From the IMG/VR virus record IMGVR_UViG_3300045988_100686, positions 83,680-147,679 of that record: a stretch of 64,000 nt of DNA; one strand, given 5' to 3'. The position numbers and the translations under genes were made by a program. Each line of letters opens with the position of its first letter. Position 1 is the stretch's first letter. Source of the stretch: a virus. The notes beneath the pieces are model-generated. The model was not told where the DNA came from. It made no database searches and saw only the letters and a program-made list of their open reading frames with translations. Of the stretch, positions 58,547 to 64,000 are shown piece by piece.

Positions 58547-58756
58547 ATGAAAAAGTTTAAACAAAGTGTTGAAAGAGCGCTCATTATTTTGTCTGTAGTA
58601 ATTATTGCTACATCTATCGTATTCGCAGCAGCAATACTCGCGTTGCTCGCTGTCGCAGCTGTCGTAGGTCTCACGTATAAGCTGTATGAAGAGGATAAAA
58701 AGGAAAAGGAGGCTGAAGAAAAAGAAAAGGAGAAGGAGGAGAGCGAAAATGAATAA
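58547..58756 (+). CDS. small single-pass membrane protein (69 aa) with EK-rich tail
   Basis: ORF track. The TM segment is ALIILSVVIIATSIVFAAAILALLAVAAVVGL. Confidence 0.5.
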   Translation: MKKFKQSVERALIILSVVIIATSIVFAAAILALLAVAAVVGLTYKLYEEDKKEKEAEEKEKEKEESENE

Positions 58757-58913
58757 ACATAAAGTACTCTTAGGTTCTGAGGTACTCTTCGAGGGAACTA
58801 AAGAACAATGCGAAGCCTTCGTTCGTTCCATGGAATGGGACTTCGATGGTGAGTACCAAGGTTTACCTGCTGCGGATGCTGCAGCTAGTGCAATTGTTGT
58901 AGAGAATAATTAA
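58749..58913 (+). CDS. small protein (54 aa)
   Basis: ATGAATAA overlaps the upstream stop. MNKHKVLLGSEVLFEGTKEQCEAF... Confidence 0.45.
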   Translation: MNKHKVLLGSEVLFEGTKEQCEAFVRSMEWDFDGEYQGLPAADAAASAIVVENN

Positions 58914-58927
58914 GGAGGAAAATTATA

Positions 58928-59137
58928 ATGGATAACATGGATATGAACACAATGGATACTAATATGGCAATGGATACCACTCCGGAAGTTGTTACCCCGG
59001 AAGTAATGCCGGAAACTACGAGCGGGTTTGGTGATGTTCTCAAAGGTTCTGCACCTGGATTGATTGGCTTTATTGTTGGTGCTGCCGCAGCTTATGGTTA
59101 TCATAAGTATAAACAAAGAAAAGAGGAGAAGAAATGA
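58928..59137 (+). CDS. small single-pass membrane protein (69 aa), paralog of 57018..57230
   Basis: AAGGAGG lies upstream. It has a Met/Asp-rich N-terminus, a TM segment and YGYHKYK. Confidence 0.5.
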   Translation: MDNMDMNTMDTNMAMDTTPEVVTPEVMPETTSGFGDVLKGSAPGLIGFIVGAAAAYGYHKYKQRKEEKK

Positions 59138-59268
59138 AGGAATCAGAGAACGCTATTGCGGCGCTTGATGCGCTGCTGCGCGGCCTGAAAGAGGCCGGAA
59201 CTGATGGCTGGTACTATGATGAGTATCAGCTCATCAAGGAATTCATTGAGTCCCATAGGGACTCTTGA
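59134..59268 (+). CDS. small protein (44 aa)
   Basis: ATGA overlap with the upstream stop. MKESENAIAALDALLRGLKEAGTDGWYYDEY... Confidence 0.4.
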   Translation: MKESENAIAALDALLRGLKEAGTDGWYYDEYQLIKEFIESHRDS

Positions 59269-59316
59269 ATACCTACATGTAACTAATCTCAGTAGACAAG
59301 TTAAGGAGGAAATATT

Positions 59317-59820
59317 ATGTTAATTCCAGTATTAAGATTAGTAGCAGGTGCAGTATTCGGATATATTGTTTCTAGCACATCCTGTGAAGAATCCCAAAAC
59401 GTAAAGGAAATGAGAGCGGAGGTGAAAGATCTCCGTACCCAAATCTCCAACATTAGCGAACAAGCTTCTGCAGGAGCAACTGCAGCATATGAGGAGGCAA
59501 ATGCTGCTATGGATGAAGTCCTGAAGCAACAAGAACAGCTTGCAAAAGACTGGGATGATGCTCAGAAAACATTTAGAAATAGCTGTGATGCTATGCAAAA
59601 ACGTCATGATGACTTCCAGAGATATGCTCAGGAAGTCCAGGAGCGCATGGAAGCTAGAAGTAAAAGAATTACTCAAATTAAACAAGACATGCAAGCACTT
59701 AACAAAGAGATTGACGAGAGTCTTCAAAGTTTAGAAAACATGATAGCTGAGGAAAAAGAGCCTTCTGAAGAGTCTTTAAAGGACTTAAAGGAGAAACTTG
59801 AATCCAATAACGCAAAATAA
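59317..59820 (+). CDS. N-terminally anchored coiled-coil protein (167 aa)
   Basis: AAGGAGG lies upstream. The TM segment LIPVLRLVAGAVFGYIV is followed by a long helical E/K/Q-rich region. Confidence 0.55.
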   Translation: MLIPVLRLVAGAVFGYIVSSTSCEESQNVKEMRAEVKDLRTQISNISEQASAGATAAYEEANAAMDEVLKQQEQLAKDWDDAQKTFRNSCDAMQKRHDDFQRYAQEVQERMEARSKRITQIKQDMQALNKEIDESLQSLENMIAEEKEPSEESLKDLKEKLESNNAK

Positions 59821-59826
59821 AAAATG

Positions 59827-59882
59827 GGGCTACCTTCGGGTAGCCCAATTCTATTCATTCTTTTTTTTTACATAGGTATAAT
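59827..59882 (+). promoter_or_regulatory. GGGCTACC-TTCG-GGTAGCCC hairpin with distal T9, followed by a GGTATAAT -10 upstream of terL
   Basis: Perfect 8-bp stem with UUCG loop. TATAAT at 59877-59882 lies 24 nt before ATG 59906. Confidence 0.4.
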
Positions 59883-59905
59883 GAGACTACTGGGGGAATA
59901 TATCT

Positions 59906-61522
59906 ATGTTAAAACTTTCTACAAAACCTTCTGATTTTGCACAGAAGTTAATATACCTTGATGGTAAACCATTTAGTCTTAAAGGACTCCCATATATGGT
60001 TGATATCATGGATACTGAAACAGAACGAATGCTTCTTATGACTGGACGCCAGGTTGCTAAGTCTACTACCGTTTCAGCTACTGCTACTACAGAGTTAGCT
60101 AGTCATCCTTTTTGGCGCGCATTGTATGTAGCTCCACGTAATGACCAGGTTTCACAATTTGTAAATGATAAACTATCACCAATGTTACATAATTCTCCAC
60201 TCATTAAGAGATGGTATTTGAATTCTGCATGTAAAGATCAAACAATGGCAAAAGAACTACTTAATGGTTCTATGATTTACATGCGTTCATGTTACCATAA
60301 CGCTGACGGAATCCGTGGTATATCTGCGAACTCTGTGTATATAGATGAAGTGCAAGATATCATCCTAGATAATATTCCTGTTATTGAAGAGTGCACAGCA
60401 CGCAAAAATCCTAAACGGATGACGTTCTGTGGTACTCCTAAGACATTTGATAATTGCATTCAACAACTCTGGGATCAAACAACTCAGCATTATTGGGCAA
60501 TGAAATGCGAGGGATGTGGTCTATGGAATGTCCCAATTCTTGTAGAAAATCTTGGTCCAGACGGGGTTATATGTAAGCACTGTGGAAAGCGCCTTAACGT
60601 TGCTGGAGGACAGTATGTAGCTAAATACCCTGGACGCCCATTTATTGGCTACCATATTTCTCAGGCAATGATTGCAGGAGTACCAGCAACCGGAATTCCG
60701 TGGTCACGTTTGTTAGAGAAACTGAACAACCCATTATATGGAGAATCTAAGTTTTACAACGAATGTCTAGGTTTTTCCTATGATAACGGTGCAAAGCTTT
60801 TAGTTGAATCAGATTTGCGAGCTTGTTCTGACGATGATATAGAGGAGTGGACTACCAATCGCAAGGCTGAATGGGGAATATATAACCTTGTAGCTTCTGT
60901 AGACTGGGGAGTTCTTGGTGGAAATACTCATACAGTGTTAACGATGGGAGGTATCGATAAGAACGGAAAACTTAGGGTTATCTTTTCAAAAAAGTATCCT
61001 GTTGACCAAGACCCATTGAGTCAGATTGAGGATATCGTTAAAATTGTTTACCCAGCTAATCCCGCAATCCTTGTATGTGATCGTGGTGGTGGATCATTAG
61101 CCAACTCTGTTCTACGCCGTCACTTCCCAAAGAAACCTTTATATGAGGTAGAGTACAAGGCTAAAGTCAATGATGGTATGCATTATAGTGCAGATTCCAA
61201 GTCATGGATTACTGATCGCACTCGTGCTATGGCAGGTGTTGTTCTAGATATAAAGGCACAAAAAATAATATTTCCTAATTATAATAAGATTATGAAAGAC
61301 CAGTTCGCACCGGATTTGCTAACTCTTTCATGTGAATACAACGAAAAAATACGTGCTTTTCAGATTATTAGAGATATAGGAACTCCTGATGACTTCGCAC
61401 ATACCTTAGTATATCTTAGATTAGGCGCAAAATTTTTTGCACCTTCTCCAAAACGACTTGTTCACAATTTGGAACAATTTGATCCACCAAGTAAGCCTCA
61501 AGAAAATACATTCGATGATTAA
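59906..61522 (+). CDS. terL: terminase large subunit (T4 gp17-type ATPase + nuclease)
   Basis: Walker A TGRQVAKSTT (compare T4 SRQLGKTT) and Walker B SVYIDEVQD are present. Length is 538 aa. Confidence 0.75.
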   Translation: MLKLSTKPSDFAQKLIYLDGKPFSLKGLPYMVDIMDTETERMLLMTGRQVAKSTTVSATATTELASHPFWRALYVAPRNDQVSQFVNDKLSPMLHNSPLIKRWYLNSACKDQTMAKELLNGSMIYMRSCYHNADGIRGISANSVYIDEVQDIILDNIPVIEECTARKNPKRMTFCGTPKTFDNCIQQLWDQTTQHYWAMKCEGCGLWNVPILVENLGPDGVICKHCGKRLNVAGGQYVAKYPGRPFIGYHISQAMIAGVPATGIPWSRLLEKLNNPLYGESKFYNECLGFSYDNGAKLLVESDLRACSDDDIEEWTTNRKAEWGIYNLVASVDWGVLGGNTHTVLTMGGIDKNGKLRVIFSKKYPVDQDPLSQIEDIVKIVYPANPAILVCDRGGGSLANSVLRRHFPKKPLYEVEYKAKVNDGMHYSADSKSWITDRTRAMAGVVLDIKAQKIIFPNYNKIMKDQFAPDLLTLSCEYNEKIRAFQIIRDIGTPDDFAHTLVYLRLGAKFFAPSPKRLVHNLEQFDPPSKPQENTFDD

Positions 61523-61572
61523 TGGTATAAGTAATATGTAGAGATATGAGATTTCTCATGTCTCTTTTTTTT
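61523..61572 (+). terminator. TGGTATAAGTAATATGTAGAGA element followed by a 12-bp hairpin and T8 (terminator after terL)
   Basis: Third copy of the conserved motif. The arms agagatatgaga and tctcatgtctct flank a ttc loop, followed by T8. Confidence 0.6.
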
Positions 61573-61593
61573 ATTATAGAAAGGAGTGATTAG

Positions 61594-62253
61594 ATGTATT
61601 TGTACGGCATCTACCCAACTGGGAATTCTGATGTAATACCAGTAGCATTAAGTTCTACCTTAGTGATTTCTCACATGTATGTATCAGATGAACCAATTCA
61701 AAAAATTGCAACACGTATGGAGTTCCGGATTCCATATCAGCAAGCAGTGGATATTCTAAAGGAGGTCAATGTTAGCATAGCTGAAACTATTGAAAATAAC
61801 CAGTCTGACTTTGTATACTTTGCGATTGCAATTAACCCAAAGTATGACCAAAGTAAACAGGTTATAGAACGTACATTAACCTTTAATGGACGGAGTATTC
61901 CTATAAAGAACGTTTCATTTGGAGCGATTATGGAGAGTCAGCAGGACTTTATCTATGATAGTGAAGTTGTATTGCTTCCTATCCGACCAAAATTAATCGT
62001 AGATGGACATGAAACTACACCTTGCAGCTTATGTGAATATTCAAACTTGAAACACGGTAAAAAATATTGTGTATACTATACAAGAGGATTTCAGTGTTTA
62101 TTTACGAGGAATAATGCCTTGCAAATTACATGTGAGGGTTTTGCTGAGGCATGTGTTCCTATTGCTCCAGAGCTACCTGATAATCTTCAGGATGATCCAC
62201 TTCAAACAGATTACGGAATCGATGTAGATGAAGAAACATGGGAGGTAGACTAA
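61594..62253 (+). CDS. hypothetical protein (219 aa), first gene of the RT operon
   Basis: AAAGGAG lies upstream. The 3' end overlaps the RT start by 16 nt. Confidence 0.55.
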   Translation: MYLYGIYPTGNSDVIPVALSSTLVISHMYVSDEPIQKIATRMEFRIPYQQAVDILKEVNVSIAETIENNQSDFVYFAIAINPKYDQSKQVIERTLTFNGRSIPIKNVSFGAIMESQQDFIYDSEVVLLPIRPKLIVDGHETTPCSLCEYSNLKHGKKYCVYYTRGFQCLFTRNNALQITCEGFAEACVPIAPELPDNLQDDPLQTDYGIDVDEETWEVD

Positions 62254-63857
62254 TGACAATCACATTCTATAATTTACCAAAGTATTTATCTGCTGTTGGT
62301 GCTAACGTTAATGATTTGTGCACCGTAACGAATGATCTTGAGTCATTTGAATTCAGTTCATCGAAGCCACAGAAAGTATGTCAAAACATTATCAATACGA
62401 CATACCCTTTCTGTGATATTTTTACATTATCTCAAGCACTTGATATTAGTCCAGGAGTATTAAGTAACCCTGATTTTATAGCTTCCGGTGTAGGATATAA
62501 AACATTTTATATTGACAAAGAAACTGGTAAGGTGTCTCGTTACCCTGTATTTGCAAAGTACAGACGCATTGATGCCCCTCCTCCGCTGTTAAAAGAGATC
62601 CAACGCCGTCTTGCATCTGCATTCACAGTTTTCCCTGCCCACCCAGCTAATTTTGCGTTTATACATAATAAATCAATAAAAGACGCGCTTGAGATGTTAA
62701 AGAACAGCCAAACAATTATACATGTGGACTTGAAAGATTTTTTCGATAGTCATAGCGAGGTGTATTTAAATAAAAAAATTGGTAAACTCATTTATGCTAA
62801 AGAGACTCTGGAAGAGTATCAATGGAAGTTTGTACGGGCTATCACTAGGTGGGTAACTCTTAAACACTCCCTTCCTCAAGGAGCTCCAACGTCACCTATT
62901 ATTTCTGTAGTTGCTAACTATGAAATGGACTCCAAGCTAGCAGAAGCTGCTGATACACAAGATTTATCCTATGTTCGATACGCGGATGATTTGTTCTTTG
63001 GCGGTAATATATCTGCTGACGCAGCGCTGGATTTCATTGAATCGTTACCAGAAATGGTCCAGCCTTTTAGAATAAACCATAGTAAGGTTGGGGTTATGAC
63101 AGACTCCGTACGGCCAATCCCTACGGGGGTTATTATCAAGATAGCCCCCAAAAGGATTCCTCCGAGTCAGTCTGCTAAAATTTTATCTGAATGCCGACAA
63201 ACATTAGGTGACCAAACTGCAGAGTTGTTAGTAAATGATTATGAGCTTACAATAAAGACAAAGGTTCTCCGTGATACATCGGTATCTGATGCTACAATGT
63301 TATTAACTCCATTCATAACATGGTTGACAACGAAATATCCATCTTTAAATGCACACTGTAAATTACGCATATACCACCTTGCTAAAACAAAGGCAGTTTT
63401 AGGAGCACATATATATAATGGAGAGATTAAGTTTTCTCGAAAACAATATAATAATATGCGCTTACAAGCCATGCTGATAGGGATGCAAACTGCATTTAAA
63501 TATGCATCTAAGATCCTATCACCAACATTAGATGGATTACGTTCTGTGTATGTTATGAACTCCGTACATGAAGTAGCTGACTTAATTGACGGGGTAACTA
63601 TGTACCCATTTACTTCAGACGTTAGCCACAAACGTAACTTATTGCAGAAACCAATGTCCTATAAACAGTACAGGGGTAAAGTGAATTGGATTAATCAGAT
63701 TCAACCCGAGAAGGCTGCAAAACTAAAACGTGTGGAAGTTAAATTCTTTAAGTCAACACTTTATAAAATTTGTGGATTTTTGGAGACCACTGAAGTGATC
63801 CAAGAAGCAGCTATTAACTCAATTATTGAACAGGCGGTTACACAGTATTATGAATAA
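62238..63857 (+). CDS. reverse transcriptase (539 aa; retron/Abi/DRT-like, non-DGR)
   Basis: RT motifs: KYRRIDAPPPLLKEIQRRL (motifs 1/2), IIHVDLKDFFDSHS (A), LPQGAPTSPIISVVAN (B') and YVRYADDLFFGG (C, YADD). A C-terminal extension of about 250 aa follows. Confidence 0.8.
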   Translation: MGGRLMTITFYNLPKYLSAVGANVNDLCTVTNDLESFEFSSSKPQKVCQNIINTTYPFCDIFTLSQALDISPGVLSNPDFIASGVGYKTFYIDKETGKVSRYPVFAKYRRIDAPPPLLKEIQRRLASAFTVFPAHPANFAFIHNKSIKDALEMLKNSQTIIHVDLKDFFDSHSEVYLNKKIGKLIYAKETLEEYQWKFVRAITRWVTLKHSLPQGAPTSPIISVVANYEMDSKLAEAADTQDLSYVRYADDLFFGGNISADAALDFIESLPEMVQPFRINHSKVGVMTDSVRPIPTGVIIKIAPKRIPPSQSAKILSECRQTLGDQTAELLVNDYELTIKTKVLRDTSVSDATMLLTPFITWLTTKYPSLNAHCKLRIYHLAKTKAVLGAHIYNGEIKFSRKQYNNMRLQAMLIGMQTAFKYASKILSPTLDGLRSVYVMNSVHEVADLIDGVTMYPFTSDVSHKRNLLQKPMSYKQYRGKVNWINQIQPEKAAKLKRVEVKFFKSTLYKICGFLETTEVIQEAAINSIIEQAVTQYYE

Positions 63858-64000
63858 GGAAATTATTATTGATAAACTATGGAGACTACGAGGGCTACTC
63901 AGCTATGGATATCTAGAATCCCCAACGTCAGCAATCCAACTCATTGATGGCATTCTGAAAGACATGTATACCGTGGAAGACATGGAAGACATGGAAGACA
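63850..64000 (+). CDS. hypothetical protein, 5' fragment (runs off the window), coupled to the RT stop
   Basis: ATGAATAAGG overlaps the RT TAA. MNKEIIIDKLWRLRGLLSYGYLESPTSAIQ...EDMEDMED. Confidence 0.4.
   Translation, partial: MNKEIIIDKLWRLRGLLSYGYLESPTSAIQLIDGILKDMYTVEDMEDMED

Noticed and set aside
58511-58831. Minus-strand 106-aa ORF and low-complexity EKEKEKEE region
   Set aside because: It is antisense to three SD-supported plus-strand small genes. Its repetitive composition derives from the GA-rich RBS/lysine codons.
62238-63857. The RT as a diversity-generating retroelement (DGR) diversifying the many tail-fiber genes
   Set aside because: The RT has the LPQG-SP (retron/group II/Abi) motif B' rather than the DGR-specific IGNLTSQ variant. 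I could not see a template/variable repeat pair with adenine-specific mismatches near the RT or in the fiber tips. A systematic TR/VR search over the full genome would be needed to exclude it fully.
62238-63857. The RT as a group II intron ORF
   Set aside because: The gene overlaps and is translationally coupled to flanking genes rather than sitting inside an intron domain IV. There is no obvious maturase X/En domain and no interrupted host gene.

Overview
This 64-kb window is an AT-rich (about 40% GC) segment of a large tailed dsDNA phage genome. Its core features are a long minus-strand late operon, a plus-strand early/packaging region, a phage-encoded multisubunit RNA polymerase and a cluster of small early genes.

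Late operon (minus strand, about 15.4 to 49.2 kb): it holds many paralogous tail-fiber genes. These include three tail-collar fibers, a Phage_fiber_2-repeat fiber, a collagen-like fiber, glycine-rich fibers, and four fibers sharing a W-x-R-x-W-x-DGW-x-EQGG C-terminal tip. Several DUF4376-like fiber chaperones, a T7-lysozyme-like amidase_2 endolysin and membrane proteins lie among them.

Plus-strand block (49.3 to 64 kb): it holds a T4-type large terminase and a beta-beta-prime fused RNA polymerase polypeptide. The small early genes are driven by sigma70-like promoters with an extended -10 (TGGTATAAT/G).

The most unusual items are:
- The RNAP beta-prime is cut exactly inside the catalytic NADFDGD loop by an atypically split intein. 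The 26-aa N-fragment sits at the end of the 1371-aa beta/beta-prime-N gene at 56.5 kb. The 250-aa C-fragment, with blocks B, F and G, begins the 900-aa beta-prime-C gene on the opposite strand at 4.3 kb.
- A translationally coupled E2-like / JAB(JAMM) / E1(ThiF-like) triad sits inside a plus-strand operon at 5.3-14.1 kb. This is a ubiquitin-like conjugation module carried by a virus.
- A 539-aa reverse transcriptase (retron/Abi/DRT-like, not DGR-type) lies at 62.2-63.9 kb in a three-gene operon.
- A G9/C9 homopolymer at 29675-29683 puts the start of a glycine-rich fiber gene out of frame. This is a candidate phase-variation or slippage switch.
- A 1.1-kb non-coding, terminator-flanked, AT-rich region at 14.2-15.3 kb carries a 19-bp perfect inverted repeat and iteron-like motifs. 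It is a candidate origin.
- A PP-loop ATPase plus a polytopic membrane protein are inserted inside the tail-fiber module.

Host assignment is uncertain. Strong Shine-Dalgarno sites and sigma70-type promoters are present. The single-domain amidase and DUF4376 proteins hint at a Gram-negative host.
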